Shown piece after piece: positions 1 through 13,861 of a DNA stretch of 64,000 bases (the stretch's first letter is position 1; every line of letters begins with the position of its first letter). The position numbers and the translations under genes were made by a program. Source of the stretch: Chiloscyllium plagiosum (Eukaryota); the NCBI RefSeq assembly GCF_004010195.1, contig NC_057719.1, positions 2,737,317-2,801,316 on the forward strand, in the 5' to 3' direction. Under the pieces are notes generated by a model. That model saw nothing but the letters and a program-made list of their open reading frames with translations. It searched no databases and was not told the DNA's origin.

Positions 1-238
1 TTAATAGTTTAAATCCTCCCAAGCAGTTCTAGCAAATTTCTCTGCCAGTATATTAGTCCCCTTCCAATTTAGGTGCAATCCTAATGATCTTTCGTTTGGT
101 ACTGTTTGGAACCAAATTTTCCTGGCTTATAGTTCATGTTACAATTATAAAGTTTTAAATTAAATTGAAAATCTTAGTCTGTTTTTCAGGTTGGGATACG
201 TTCACTCTTAGAATTAAGAGCTTCTTCTTTTAAAATCA

Positions 239-455
239 CAGTAGGCCACCCGTACCACGGGGGATATGTTCCAGGTCCTACCATGGAAGCCTGAAACCAC
301 GGATAGGAACGAACCCATTCAGTTAAATGGGAAATTTACCTCCCTAGCAGCCCCCTGGTCCCTGGAAGTTTCCTTATAAATATGTTCGATCCGCGGGAAA
401 CTGCGGGTAACTGAAGCCATGGAAAACGATTCCACACAAATGGGGGTCACCCTGT
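239..455. mobile_element. Tigger/pogo-type MITE relic
   Basis: Degenerate terminal inverted repeats (cagtaggccacccgt ... gggggtcaccctg followed by TA); no coding capacity. Confidence 0.45.
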
Positions 456-479
456 ATTATCATAGGTACTGAGATACAG

Positions 480-1500
480 CGAAAGGTGTTGTTTTGCTTG
501 TTATATAGACAGATTATGCCATGCAATTTGCATCAGGGTGGCAAAACAGAGTGTAAAATACATTGTTACAGCCACAGAGAAGGTGCAGGGAGATCAGTAT
601 TAACATTTCAGAGGTCCGTTCAAAAGTCTGAAAACAGTGGGAAAGACGCTGCTCTTGAATCTATTTGTATGTGTATTTAATCTTTTATATTTTTTGCCTG
701 ATGGAGGAGTGTGAAAGAGAGTATAACTGAGTGGGAAGGGTCTTTGATTATGTTGGTTACTTCCCGAGGCAGTGGGAAGTACAGAGATTCATAGGATGGA
801 AAATTGGTTTGCATGATGGGCTGGGCTGAGTTCATGATTCTCTGTAGTTTCTTGCTGTCTTGGAAAGAGCAGTTGCCATACCATGCGGTAATGCATTTAG
901 ATAGGATGTTTTCTATGGTGCGCCTATAAAGATTTGTAAGAGTCTTTACAGATATACAAAACTTCCTTAGCCTTCTGAGGAAATAGAGATGTTGTGCTTT
1001 CTTGATCATCGCAATGACGTGGTGGAACAGGAGAGATCACTGATTATTGCCACTCATAGGAACTTGACACTCTTGGCCATCTCCACCTTAGCATCACTGA
1101 TGCAGACAGGGGCGTGCCCTCCACTTTGCTTCCTGAAGTCAATGGCCAGCTCCTTTGCTTTGCTGATGCTAATGAAGAGTTTGTTGTCTTTATACTATGA
1201 GCTAAGCTCTCAATCTCTTTTCTGCATTCTGTCTCACCATTGTTTGAGATTTGATCTTCAACGGTGGTGTCGTCAGCAAATTTGTAAATGGAGTTGGGTC
1301 AGAATTTGGCCACAGAGTCGTTAATGTATAAAGAGTATAGTAAAGGACTGAGTATGCAGCCTTGCGGGGTACCGGTGTTGAGGACTATGGTGGAGGAGGT
1401 GCTGTCGCCTATTCTTACTGATTGTGGTCTATGTGTCAGAAAGTCAAGGATCCAGTTACAGAGGGGGGAACCGAGACCCAGTACAGAAAGTAACGCAGCT
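480..1500 (-). mobile_element. Rex1/Babar LINE 3' fragment (RT C-terminus)
   Basis: ORF 677-1009 (KKAQHLYFLRRLRKF...ILSKCITAWYGNCS) is the typical Rex1 C-terminal motif; a plus-strand Rex1 piece follows at about 1500-1860. Confidence 0.8.
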
Positions 1501-1874
1501 TAGGTCTGATGCGGTGAAAGGACTTCTATGGAACTGTTAAAAGTTGGTGGATTGATGCATATTCAAGAACTCAGCAGCCAACCTTAACAAGTATGCTATC
1601 ACCATCACAGTGTGTAGAAGACTGTATGCCAAAGAATTAAATCTGAATGATTCCCAAACGGAAACTATGAATGAACTAGGAGATCTACTCCCTACTGAAG
1701 TCCACAGGAAATCCAGGTTCGACCTTCATAAGGCCATGAGAGATGCCAGGGGGCAATACCAAACTAAGCTTGAGACCTGGACCAATCACATAACTACCTG
1801 TCATGACACAATGGGCTACAAAGCGAAGTTGAACAGAATCAAGGACAACATTCCATCCTTAACCAGTAAGCATT

Positions 1875-2297
1875 CTACACAAAAACCGAAATTGTTGTGA
1901 AAGCTCAGCAGGTCTGGCAGCATCTGTGGAGAGAAATCAGAGGTAATGTTTCGGGTCCAGTGATCTTTTCTCAGAACTGATGGCAGCTAGGAAAATGATG
2001 ATACAGAGGTGGGATGGGGAGGTAAGGACAAAATGATAGGTAGGTATAGAGTCTTGAGAGAGAGAGAAGAATGACATAGGAGTGGATAACAATCTGAGGA
2101 GGGTGAATAGCTATTAATGGTGATTGTTAGTGGCTAACAATGGGTTAGGAGAAAGAGGGGACTGCAGATGCTGGAGATCAGAGCTAAAAAATGTGTTGCT
2201 AGAAAAGCGCAGCAGGTCAGGCAGCATCAAAGGAGCAGGAGAATCGACGTTTCGGGCATAAGCCCTTCTTCAGGAATGAGGAGGGTGTGCCAAGCAG
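1875..2297 (-). mobile_element. Penelope-like element terminal-repeat fragments (two families)
   Basis: gatgctgga...aggtcaggcagcatc...ttcgggcataagcccttcttcaggaat matches the PLE ends at 42.1 kb and 57.6 kb; hammerhead core on the minus strand at 2241-2277. Confidence 0.75.
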
Positions 2298-4025
2298 GTG
2301 ACAGGGTGATGGAGGCAGGTCCTCTCCCACTATTTATGAAACATCTGTAACTGCACTTCATTATGTGAGATACTCCTTTTCTCAATTCAAAAGTATAATC
2401 ATTTAAAATGCCAGCACATAGTAGGCTGTAAACCAAATGCAGGTAAATAGGATTAGCGTAGTTTGGCATTTGTTGGTCAGGATAGACATGGTGGTCCGAA
2501 GAGCTTGTTTATATGCTATATGACACTAACATATAATGCATTTGCATTAATCAGACAATTTCACAGTACAGATTGAAATCATCTACAGTCATACTACCCT
2601 GTATGTGAAAAGAATGCAGTGTACAGCTATCTGGGATATAAATCCTGGTCGCAAGCCATGTCATTAGCTATTACAGATTGATCAGTCATATTTGTGAAAC
2701 ATAAATAATCACATATGACCTCAAAGTGGCATATGAAGGCCACTATTCACAATTCAAGACCTCATAGACTGCACAAGGGCACAGAACTTGATTTTCTCTC
2801 ACCTTGAACTGTGACTGTTCATCAACATGTTCTTATATGCATTGCTGTCTTGGGTGGTGTAGACGGCAGGGGTGGGCTTCAGTAATCATACAGCACTTCC
2901 AAACTCCTATCGTATTTGCATAACATGACTTGTGTTGCATACAGCAGAATATGGTGCCTACATCAAACATTCATGGCGATGCATTCTGTGGCTGCCTTTG
3001 TCAAAGTCCTCTCTATCACACTGTATCATTGATGCATAATGTGAATGCTATCTGCTCACGTTACTATGCACAAGAATGGTTTCTGATATTCCCTATACAA
3101 ACTCACTAGAACCATAACTGATGGATTCAGACACAGCAGAGGTTACTGTCGCTATTACTATGCTGCAACGAAAACAGAAAAACTGAGGAGTAGATAGCCA
3201 GCAATCCCAAGAACAGTGGCAAACTCCAGTAGATGCAGAACTACTGCCATGTGAAGACATCATATACTGTTAAGATACATAGCGACAAAACAACAGGCAT
3301 GCCACCTATGTTTCTTTTCTATGTTTTTAATGTTTTCATTTAGTATAGTTAATTTATCTTAGCTTCATTTAACAGCTTCAGCTGAGTGCTTCTCCTGATC
3401 CAATGAGAGGGTGGCTTCCAGCACTGGAGTAGCAGTCTTTCCCAGCGTGGTGATCTTGGCCCTGCGGAGCCGTCCCCTGACGTAGCAGTTTTGTCCTGGT
3501 GAGGCTGTCTCATCAGTGGTCTGGCTTAACCTTCATTGAATGTTTCCAGCCCAGTGATCCGACAGCCTGGCGTGGCATTTTTCATCCAATAGTGGTAGTC
3601 TTGACGGTGGTTTCTTTTGGAATTGTTTTTTCAGCTCAGCTTGGTTTGTCCTTGTGTGGCATTCTCGTAATGGATTGACGATCTCATTCCAGCTGTGTGT
3701 ATTGTTTCTTGATCGGGTTCCTCTGAGACCAGGAGCCTTTAAATGGACTTTAATGAACTTTTGTCTTCGATTTACTTCTATTGTTACTTAAGAATTTACT
3801 TACGACTTCTGTCATTAATACAGATGCCATGGTTGGCTGACCTATACCACTTTTCATTGTATTTTTCTTGTAAAAGTATACATGACAATAAATTCTATTT
3901 ATAAATGTACCCTCACACGTGTTTTGCTTCTCATTCCACCAAAGCCATTTCTTGGCTGGCAGCACCTGACCTGGTACATGGCTGGGCTTTAAAAATAGTG
4001 CTAGCATCAGAAATACCAGGAGATC

Positions 4026-4304
4026 CCAGCAGTGACAAGTACTTCTGCCATTGCTGAGCAGAAGCTAATGAAGTGAACTGCAGAGAACAGTGTGAAAAAT
4101 CTTAGCAGGATTCTTGGAGAGAAGTTACCACAATCAACAGTTAGCCATTTCCAGTAAAATTTAAAATCCAGCAGTGACAAGTACTTCTGCCATTGCTGAG
4201 CAGAAGCTAATGAAGTGAACTGCAGAGAACAGTGTGAAAAAGCTTAGCAGGATTCTTGGAGAGAAGTTACCACAATCAACAGTTAGCCATTTCCAGTAAA
4301 ATTT
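4026..4304. repeat. Direct tandem duplication, 2 x 142 bp
   Basis: ccagcagtgacaagtacttc...ccagtaaaattta recurs with period 142 (agtgacaag at 4031 and 4173), nearly identical. Confidence 0.95.
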
Positions 4305-4768
4305 AGCCAGTTGATTCTGTCTGCAAAATGCATAGCCTAACAGTAAGAGGCATGGAGAAGTTAATGGTTATTTTGCTTGCAAATTTCAGATTGTGAATAT
4401 CATTAAAGGACAAAGTAAATGTCAGAATCGTCTAAATGCCTTAGACTTTGTTAATTATAATCAAGGATGTAGCTAATGATTTCAGTTTCAATGGTCCATT
4501 TATTTAAGTATTGATCACACTAATTGTGTTATAAATGGTCTGAGTCAATTGTTTTACCAAGTATAGGAGAAGAACTCCCTGACACCAGAGATAAAGGGGT
4601 ACAGACTTAATGGAGAAAAGCTTTTTTAAAGCAAAGTCACTGAAAGGTCACAGTGGACAAAGGAATTTTTCTAATGAGGTTTTCTTAAGATCACATGAGT
4701 GATGCTTGTTTTGCTGTTTGCACAGTAACTGGATAGCAAATACTTCAGGATCTGGTATCCAGATGAGG

Positions 4769-4900
4769 TTAAAAATCACATAAGACCAGGTTATAGTCCA
4801 ACAGCTAGTGTGCTTCCAATTAAACCTGTTGGAGTATAACCTGGTGTTGTGTGATTTTTAACTTTGTACATCCCAGTCCAACACCGGCATTTCCAAATCA
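4769..4900. mobile_element. Mini PLE insertion made of inverted terminal fragments
   Basis: 13-bp TSD tatccagatgagg (4756-4768, 4901-4913); internal inverted arms; same sequence as the PLE 3' ends at 16.6 kb and 48.1 kb. Confidence 0.85.
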
Positions 4901-5189
4901 TATCCAGATGAGGAGCTTGTAAGGAAGATCTGCCAAACTGATCTCTCCTATTTCTAAAAACAACCTTCTTATTCAGTTCAGAGTAAAACCTATTTGTTCC
5001 TCTAAATATAACTCAACATTGTATTTCATAAGCAAGTTGTGCCTGCCAAGACTCTGGAGACAATCATAGTTATTAGTGACATAATCACATGCCAGAAACT
5101 TAAAATGGCAAACTGTGGGAATTTCTGTGCTTTATAATCCTAATTGGCAGAACATTTTCATAAAGTGGAACTGAGAGGATTTCTGAAGT

Positions 5190-5460
5190 GTGATGGCATG
5201 GTCACTGAGCTAGTAATCCAGAGATGCAGGCAATGTCCTGGGACTGGGGTTTGAATCCCACCATGGCATTTGAACGCAATAAAATCTGGAAATAAAAGTC
5301 TAATGATGGCTGTGAAACTATTATGGGTTGTCGTGAAAATCTATCCGGCTCACTAATGTGTTTTAAGGAAGGAATTCTGTCTTCCCTAAATGTGACGCCA
5401 GAAATATGGTTGGCTTATATAAATGCCAAGTGGCATAGCCAAGCAAACTGTATTGACTGT
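5190..5460 (+). mobile_element. tRNA-derived SINE, SacSINE1/Deu-SINE-like
   Basis: Box-B-like ggtttgaatccc followed by aataaaatctggaaataaaagtctaatg...ggctcactaatgtg...aaggaaggaattctg; a homologous copy lies on the minus strand at 18.3-18.7 kb. Confidence 0.6.
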
Positions 5461-6014
5461 TAAAGCTCTCAAAACAGAATGAAACCATCAAACCACCTGA
5501 CATCAACCCAAGTACCAGAAACAACTGCAAACTCAGCCTTGTTAATCTTGCAAAGTTCTCCTTACCAACATCTAAGGAAGTAACAGTGTAAGTCACACTC
5601 ATGGAACCATATATCACACACAACGTGAGCCAGACAATAGCATTACCATTCCTGAATATGTCTTATCCCAGAGGTAAGACAGAACCAACAGAGGTAGTGA
5701 CGCAGTGGTATATAGTCAGGAGGGAGTTGCCCTGGAGTCCTCAACATTAACGTACACTCTAGGAAGCCTCAAGGTATAGGGACAAATATAGGTAAGGAAA
5801 CCTCCTGCCAATTACCCATCTGTTGAATCAATACACCTGTCTGTTGAATACCATTTAGACATTAGTGGTAACAAAGCAGACAAAGAGTAGTCAATGTCCA
5901 AATGTAACAAGATCTAGACAATACCCAGGCTTAGGAGGACAAGTGACAAGTAACATTTGTGCCACACTAGTGCTAGTCAAAGACCATTTCCAACAAGACA
6001 GAATCTAACCTTTA

Positions 6015-6171
6015 GGCAAAAGTGAGGACTGCAGATGCTGGAAATCAGAATCTAGATTAGAGTGGTGCTGGAAAAGAGATTCCTGATGAAGGGCTTTTGC
6101 CCGAAATGTCGATTTTCCTGCTCCTCGGATGCTGCCTGACCTGCTGTGCTTTTTCAGCACCACTCTAATCT
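6015..6171. mobile_element. Mini PLE insertion with hammerhead motif
   Basis: 15-bp TSD agaatctaaccttta (6000-6014, 6172-6186); inverted arms tctagattagagtggtgctg / cagcaccactctaatctaga; CTGATGA-stem-GAAA at 6083-6106. Confidence 0.85.
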
Positions 6172-7770
6172 AGAATCTAACCTTTATCCAGGATATTGAG
6201 TGGCATTGCCATTACTGAATCCCACACTTTCAACATTCTGGGGGTACGGGACAGGAGGCATTCTGGGGTGGGGTGGAGTGTGATAGGATCCACCAGAAAC
6301 TGAATCAGACTAGCCATATAAATGTTGTGGCTACAAGAGCAATTCGGAGGCAAGGAATCCTGTGATGAGTAACTCATATCAGCGCTCCCAAAAGTGTATT
6401 TACCATCTACAAGGTACAAGTCTCCAAACTTACTTAGATTAATGCAGCTCTCACCACATTTGAGAAGCTTTTTTTAAATTCATATGTGGGATGGGGGTGT
6501 CCCTGACTGGTCAGCACTTTATTACTTATCACTAGTTGCCCTTTAAGGAAGTTGCGGTAAGCTGCCTGCTTGAACTGCTGCAGTCCACCTGCTGACCCAC
6601 AATTACATTAGGGAGGAATTCCAGGATTTTGAGCCAGCAACAGTGAAGGATTGCTGATAGATTTATAAGTCAGGACGGTGAGTGGTTTGGAGGGGAATTT
6701 GAAGGTGGTAGTGTTCCCATATATCTGCTGCCCTTGACCTTCTAGATGGAAATAATCATGAGTTTGAAAGGTGCTATCTGAAGATCGTTGGTGACTTTCT
6801 GCAGTGTGTCTTGTAGATAGTACACACTGCTGCGATTGAGCTTTGGTTGTGGAGGGAGTGGATACTTGTTGATTTGATGTCTTGGATGGTGTCAATCTTC
6901 TTGAGTGTTGTTGGAGCGGCACTCATCCAGGCAAGTGGTGAATATTCCAGCACACTCCTGACTTGTGCCTTGTAGATGATCTCCAGCATCTGCAGTCCTC
7001 ACTTTCTCCTTGTAGAACAGGCTTTGGGTCGTCAAGAGGTGAGTTACTCATTGCAGAATTCCTAACCCCTGACCTGCTCTTGTAGACATTGTACTTATGT
7101 GGCAAGTCTAAAGTTTCTTTAGTTTCTGGTCAAAGATAACCCCCATGTTGTTGATGGTGGGTGATTCAGTGATGGTAACACCACTGAATGCCAAGGGGCA
7201 GTGGATAGATTATCTCTTATTCGTGATGGTCATAGCTTAGCATTTGTGTGGCACGAATGTTACTTGCCACTTGCCTGGATAGTGTCCAGATTTTGTTGCA
7301 TTTGAGCATGCTCTGTTTCAGTATCTGAGGCGTCGCAAATGGCGCTGAACATTGTGCAATCAACAGTGAATATCCCCATCCAACCTGATGATGGAGGGTA
7401 GATCATTGATGAAACAACTGAAGATGGTTGGATTGAGGACACTAGTCTGAGGAACACTTGCAGAGATGTCTGACCTCCATCAACCACGACCATCTTGCTA
7501 TGTGACAACTGGAGAGTTTACCCTGATACCCACTGATTCCTGTTTTGCTGGGGCTCCTTGATACCACACTAAGTTGCATGCAGTCTTGATGTCAAGGGCT
7601 GTCACTCTCACCTTAGCTCTAGAATTCAGCTCTTTTGTCCATGTTTGGACCAAGGCTGTAATGAGATTCAGAGCTGTGTGGCCCTGGCGGAAACCAACCT
7701 GGGCATCACTGAACAGGTTATTGCTGAGCTGGTGCTGCTTGATAGCACTGTTGATGCAACTTTCCATCAC

Positions 7771-9442
7771 ACCTGACACATCAGGGATGCCAAGAGGCAG
7801 TAACAGAGCAAGTCAGAGGCCCAAACCTACCAAACAGGCTCTTCCCGCCTTTGGTAAGGCCTACGTAACATTCCTGGATACAAAATGAAGCACAGCAAGA
7901 TTATGGACAAAGACAGGTCCCTCCCTGACACGCTCAATGCTTTCTACGTTCAGTTTGAGCAGAATGCCAGCAGTGTGGCGACACCTACACTGAAAGTCCT
8001 GGACTCACCTGTTCCCTGGGAAACCCAAGGAAAGCGACAGGCTCGGATGGTGCCCCTGGCTGAGCACTCAGATCCTGTAAGGAGCAACTGGCAGAGGTAT
8101 TCACAGACATCTTCAATCTCTCCCTCCTGTAAGCCGAAGTCCTCACCTGCTTCAAGAAGACCGCCATCATCATCGTACCAAAGCCTTAATGACTACTGAA
8201 CAGAGGCTCTGACTTCAATAATCATGAAATGCTATGAAAGGCCGGTCATGGCAAACATAAGTTCCAGTCTCCAAGGCTGCCTCGATCCTGGAACATCTGG
8301 ACAACGAGGACACCTACATCAGACTCCTGCTCATTGACTACAGCTCGGCCTTCAAAACCATTATCTTCTCCAGACTGATATCAAAATTAAATGACTTTGG
8401 TCTCAGCTCTGCCTTCTACAAGTGGATACTCAGCTTTCTGAGCCATAGACCGCAATCAATGAAGACAGATAACCCACCTTCACCACACTAACATTCAACA
8501 CTGGAGCACCCCAAGGATGCATCCTCAGCCCACTACTGTACTCCCTGTACACCCACGACTGTGTTGCCAAATTTAAACGAACGCCATCTGCATGTTTAGT
8601 GACGACACCACTTTAGTGGGACAAATAACTAACAATGATGAGTCAAAATACAGAAGGGACACAGTGGGCTCGGTGACGTACTGCAATGACAACAACTTCT
8701 CTCTCAACGTCGGCAAAACTAAAGAACTGGTCATTGACTTCAGAAAAAAGAACACACACCCACATCTACATCATTGGAACTGAGGTTGAGAGAGTGGAGA
8801 GTGTCAAGTTCCTCAGAGTGACGATGACCTGTCCTGGACTTCCCACGTCAATGCAACAGTCAAGACGGCACAACAACCACCTCTTCTTCCTCAGGCAGCT
8901 CAGGAATTTGGCATGTCCATAAGGATCTTCACCAATTTTTACAGATGGACTGAAAGCATTCTATCTGGGTGCATAACGGCCTGGTATGGCAACTGTTCTG
9001 CCCAAGACCGTAAGATGGTGGTGTGCACAGCCCAGATACAGACCATCACGGAAGCCAACCTTCCATCCATAGTCTCCATTTACACGGCTCACTGCTGAGA
9101 AAGGCTGCCAACATCATCAAAGGCCCATCACATTCTGGTAATGATCTCCTACAACCTCTTCTGTCAGATAGAAGATATAGAAACCTGAGCACATGCACCA
9201 GCAGGTTCAGGAACAGCTTCTTCCTGGTCGTTATTAGACTGATGAATGAACTCTCTCGCTTCAAATAATGCTGATCTTACTAATGCTGATCTCGCAAGGT
9301 GCATGCCCTGTGCAATGAAATCTGTATGCCTCTGTCGCGTCTTTTGTTTGATCTGCATATCCTTGCTTACAATGATCTGCTTAAAGTGTTCATAAACAAA
9401 GCTTTCCATTGTGCCTCGGTATGTGACAATAAATCAATCAAT
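7771..9442 (+). mobile_element. Rex1/Babar LINE, 5'-truncated
   Basis: RT motifs (gagcaccccaaggatgc = GAPQGC; FSDDTTLVG; KTKELVIDFRK); 3' tail tgtgacaataaatcaatcaatc; the host LINE sequence resumes after it. Confidence 0.85.
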
Positions 9443-10000
9443 CGATTTACTGATGATCGAGAGTAGACTGGTGGGGCAGTAATTGGTTGGGCTTCTCCTG
9501 CTTTTTTTGTACAGAACATACTTGGGCAACCTTCCATAATGTTAGGTAGATACCAGTGTTGTAACTTTATTGGAATAGCTTGGCTCAGGGAGCAGGAAAT
9601 TCTGGAACACAAGTCTTCATCACTATTGCTGGAATGTTGATCTTACTAATGCTGATCTCGCAAGGTGCATGCCCTGTGCAATGAAATCTGTATGCCTCTG
9701 TCGTGTCTTTTGCTTGATCTGCACATCCTTGCTTACAATGATCTGCTTAAAGTGTTCATAAACAAAGCTTTCCACTGTGCCTCGGTATGTGACAATGAAT
9801 CAATCAATCGATTTACTGATGATCGAGAGTAGACTGGTGGGGCAGTAATTGGTTGGGTTTCTCCTGCTTTTTTTGTACAGAACATACTTGGGCAACCTTC
9901 CATAATGTTAGGTAGATACCAGTGTTGTAACTTTATTGGAATAGCTTGGCTCAGGGAGCAGGAAGTTCTGGAACACAAGTCTTCATCACTATTGCTGGAA
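9270..10000. repeat. Direct tandem duplication, 2 x 366 bp
   Basis: ORFs 9367-9612 and 9733-9978 are near-identical and 366 bp apart; the unit spans the Rex1 3' end / host LINE junction. Confidence 0.95.
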
Positions 10001-10374
10001 TGTTGTCAGGGCTAGATAGCCTTTGCAGTATCCGGTGTCTCCAACCATTTCTTGATATTATGTGGAGTGAATTTAATTGGCTGAAGGCTGGTATTGGTAA
10101 TGCTGGGGACCACTGGAGGGGGCCAAGATGGATCAACCACTTGGTACTTCTAAGATTGCTGCGAAAGCTTCAGCCCTTGCATTGATGTACTAGGCTCTTC
10201 CATCATTAAGGATGGGGATATTTGTGGAGTCTCCACCTCCTCCACTGAGTTGTTTAATTGTTCACCACCACTGACAGGATGAGGCAGGCCTGCTGAGTTT
10301 AGATCGGATCCATTGTTGTGGGATTGCTTAGCTCTGTCTATCACTTGCTGCTTATGTTGTTTAGCATGCAAGTA

Positions 10375-11007
10375 CAGAGGAACCTCGATTACCAAATACC
10401 AATTATCCGAAAATCTGATTATATGAACAAGATCTCGAGGTCCCGATGGAAACATTACATCAAAGACGTGTTTCTAACAGTGATCGCGTCGTTTGTTTAA
10501 AGTGATTAACAGGCACCATCTCCAAATGACTGACTTCCAGCCCTGTCTCTCTCCACACACTTTCCCTCGAGTCTTACACAGGCGTGTACCCTAAACCTGC
10601 TCCCCCTCCCTCACTTCCCGAGACATTCTCTCCGACATTGTCTTGTACGGGGTAATGGTGGAAACTGTCAAAAAGTTGCAGTAAAAGGTTGTATGGATGT
10701 GTCTGAGCTATTTGGAGACTTACCCAAAAAGGCGGCAGCAGCAGCAGCAGTCTTATTGTTGTGTCCAGTCCGGCTACCTGGGGTCAGGGGCGGGTACGTA
10801 CGGGGTTGGGGTTGCACAGGGTCGGGGGCAGTGGTGGGAGGTGTTGCACGGGGTCAAGGAGCAGGGCCATGCACGCTGTGTGCTGCTGCAGTCTCCTGAA
10901 CGAGGAGCAGAATTTAAAAACTCTGAGCTCCAGAGGAAAGTCATTTAATCGATTAACCGAATGAAATAGTGCCTGCCTATCTCGTTCGGATAATCGAGGT
11001 TCCCCTG
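10375..11007. mobile_element. Tc1/mariner-pogo superfamily MITE
   Basis: TIRs cagaggaacctcgatta / taatcgaggttcccctg, flanked by TA at 10373-10374 and 11008-11009. Confidence 0.9.
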
Positions 11008-12579
11008 TATTCCTGTCTGCTGGCTTCACCATGTTGATGCCTCATCTTCAGGTATGCCTGGTGCTGCTCCTGGCATGCCCTCCTGCACTCTCCATTGAAC
11101 CAGAGTTGATCCCCTACCTTGATGGTAATGGTTGAGTGGGGGATATGCCGGGCCATGAGGTTACAGATTGTGCTGGAGGACAATTTTGCAGCTGTTGATG
11201 GCCCACTGCAACTCATGGATACTCAGTCTTGTGTTGCTAGATCTGTTTGAAATCTGTCCCACTTAGCACAGTGACAGTGCCACACAACACAATGGATGTT
11301 AATCTCAACGTGAAGGCAGGACTTCGTCTCCTCAAGGACTGTGCAGTGGCCATTCTTACCGATACTGTCATCGACAGATGCATCTGCAGCTGGCAGATTG
11401 CTAAGGATGAGGTCAAGTACGTTTCTCCCTCTTGTTGGTTCCCTCACCACCTGCCACAGTCTCGCAGTTATACCCTTTAGGATCTGACTAGCTTTATCTA
11501 TAGTATTGTTGCCAAGCCACTCTTGTTGGGGGGGCATTGAAATCCCCCACCCACAGTACATTTTGTGCCCTTGCCATCCTCAGCGCCTCCTCTAAGTGTT
11601 GTTCAAAATGGAGGAGTACTGATTCATCATCTGAGGGAAGACGGTACGTGGTAATCATCAGGAGGTTTCCTTGCCCATGTTTAACCTGACTTCATGTTGA
11701 GGACTCCCAGAGCATCTTCCTCCCTCCTGACTGTATACCACTGTGCCGCCACCTCTGCTGGGTCTGTCCAGCCAGTGAGAGAGGATGATGATGGTGGTAA
11801 CTGGGACATTATTTGTAAGGTATGATTCCGCGAGTATGACTATGTCAGGCTATTGCTTGACTAGTCCGCGAGATAGCTCTCCCAATTTTGGCACTAGCCC
11901 CCTCCACCCTCGGATGTTAGTGAGGACTTGCAGGATCAACAGGGCTGGCACAAGCTAGCTCAAAGCAACTAACTTGACTTTATCCACAAATATGAAGCTA
12001 TGTGCAGCAGTGTGTACCATGCACAAGATTCATTGCAGAAATTCACAAAAGCCCCCTCGATAGCATTTCCAAATGGATGGCCATTAACATCTGGAAGGAA
12101 AGGGCAGCAGATACATGGGAACACCACTACCTGCAAGTTCCCCGTAAGCCATTCATCATCCTGACTTGAAAACATATTGTTGTTCCTTCAGTGTGACTGG
12201 GTCAAAGTTCGAGAACACTGTCCCCAACTGCATCAGTTAACTCCACCAAATGGATTGCCATGTTTCAAGGAGGCAACTCACTAATATCCTCTCAGGGACA
12301 TCTTGGGGTGAGCAATAAATACTGGCTTAATCAGTGATGCCCTCATCCCACGAGTAAATGTTTTAAAAATTACCTGAGAGAAATCTTTTGTCCTCTTCTT
12401 TTACTTAAGTAACTGCCCATGCATGTGTATTTTGCGTTTATTTAGAAGAACAAACATTTATACTTTGATACGACCAACTATGTATGTTAATCATTGTTGT
12501 GTGTTCACTGAATAAGTATTGTTTTGATAATAAACCAATTATTATATTTATTAAATAAACCTAGTATATATCACGAACA

Positions 12580-13860
12580 TTTTAGACCACTGCTAGACCA
12601 CTGTGAAAGATGCCTACCACTCCATCCCCCAGCCTCATTTCGGGAACTCCGACCACAATGCTGTGCTTCTTCTGCAGCTTATAGGCAAAAGCTCAAGCAG
12701 GAGACCCCCTCGCAGATACAGGTCCAGTGCTGGTTGGACGAGGTAGAGGATCAACTCCAGTGCTGTCTGGAATCAGCTGATTGGGCCATGTTCAAACAGT
12801 CTGCAGGTACCTTGAATGAGTACGCCACCACCATCACAGACATTATCAGCAAGTGCGTGGAAGACGGCATACCGAGGAAGTCAATCCAGCTGTTCCCCAA
12901 CAGAAAACCCTGGATGAATCAGGAGATACAGGATCTGCTAAAAACCAGGCATGAGGCCTTCAGATCAGGAGACCCACTCAAATATAAGGAATCCAAGTAT
13001 GACATTCGCAGAGCCATTAAGATAGCCAAGGACCAATACCGATCCAAACTCGAGACGCAGACAGACACCTGGCAATTATGGCAAGGATTGAACGACATCA
13101 CAGTTCTAAAAAGAGACAGCGCAAGATAGCAGACAATGACACATCCCTCCCAGATTGTTTCAACGCCTTCTATGCTCGCTTTGAGTACAATTTCGGCAGA
13201 GAGGTAACACCTATTCCAACAAGTCCTGACGAACCTGTTCCAACAGTCACTGCATCAGAGGTCAGATCAGTTTTCCTTCATGTGAATCTAAGGAAAGCGA
13301 TGGGACCAGATGGAATACCAGGCCATGCACTTAGAGCATGCGCAGATCAATTGGCAGAGGTCTTCTCAGATATCTTCAAGCTCTCCCTGCAGCAGGCCAC
13401 TGTCCCTGCCTGTTTCAAGAGGGCCAGTGTGCCTTAGAAGGCTCATGCAGCATGTCTCAATGACTACCCGCCCAGTGGCCCTAACTTCAGTGGTCATGAA
13501 GTGCTTTGAAAGGCTGGTCATGGCATTAATCACCTCCAGCCTCTCCACTACTCTTGACCCACTCCAATTTGCCTATCAGACTAACAGATCTACTTGTCCT
13601 TTACTCCTCCTGACAACATCTTGACACCAAGAAAAGCAACGTAAGAACCCTACTCATTGACTACAGTTCAGCCTTCAACACTATTATCCCCTTGAGACTG
13701 ATTACTAAACTTAGTCACCTCTGACTAAGCCCCACTCTCTACAACTGGATCCTCCTTTTCCTGACTCACAGTGAAGATTGGGGACAATATTTCATCCTCA
13801 CTAACACTCAACACTGGACCCTCCTAGGGTTCGTACTCAGCCCCCTATTGTACTCACTGA
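12580..13860 (+). mobile_element. Rex1/Babar LINE internal fragment
   Basis: [65 protein letters not shown]. Confidence 0.9.
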
Positions 13861-13861
13861 A

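Larger units (their letters stand above)
6480..11950 (-). mobile_element. Old CR1/L2-group LINE (APE + RT), fragmented
   Basis: ORF pieces QVGFRQGHTALNLIT...VTALDIK, IYKAQVRSVLEYSPLAW and EPTRGRNVLDLILSN. Interrupted by Rex1 (7771-9442), a 366-bp duplication and a MITE. Plus-strand pieces of the same family lie at about 5530-6470 and 11960-12365. Confidence 0.75.

Noticed and set aside
2600..3200. Possible decayed coding or transposon sequence
   Set aside because: Manual translation gave no motif I could assign with confidence.
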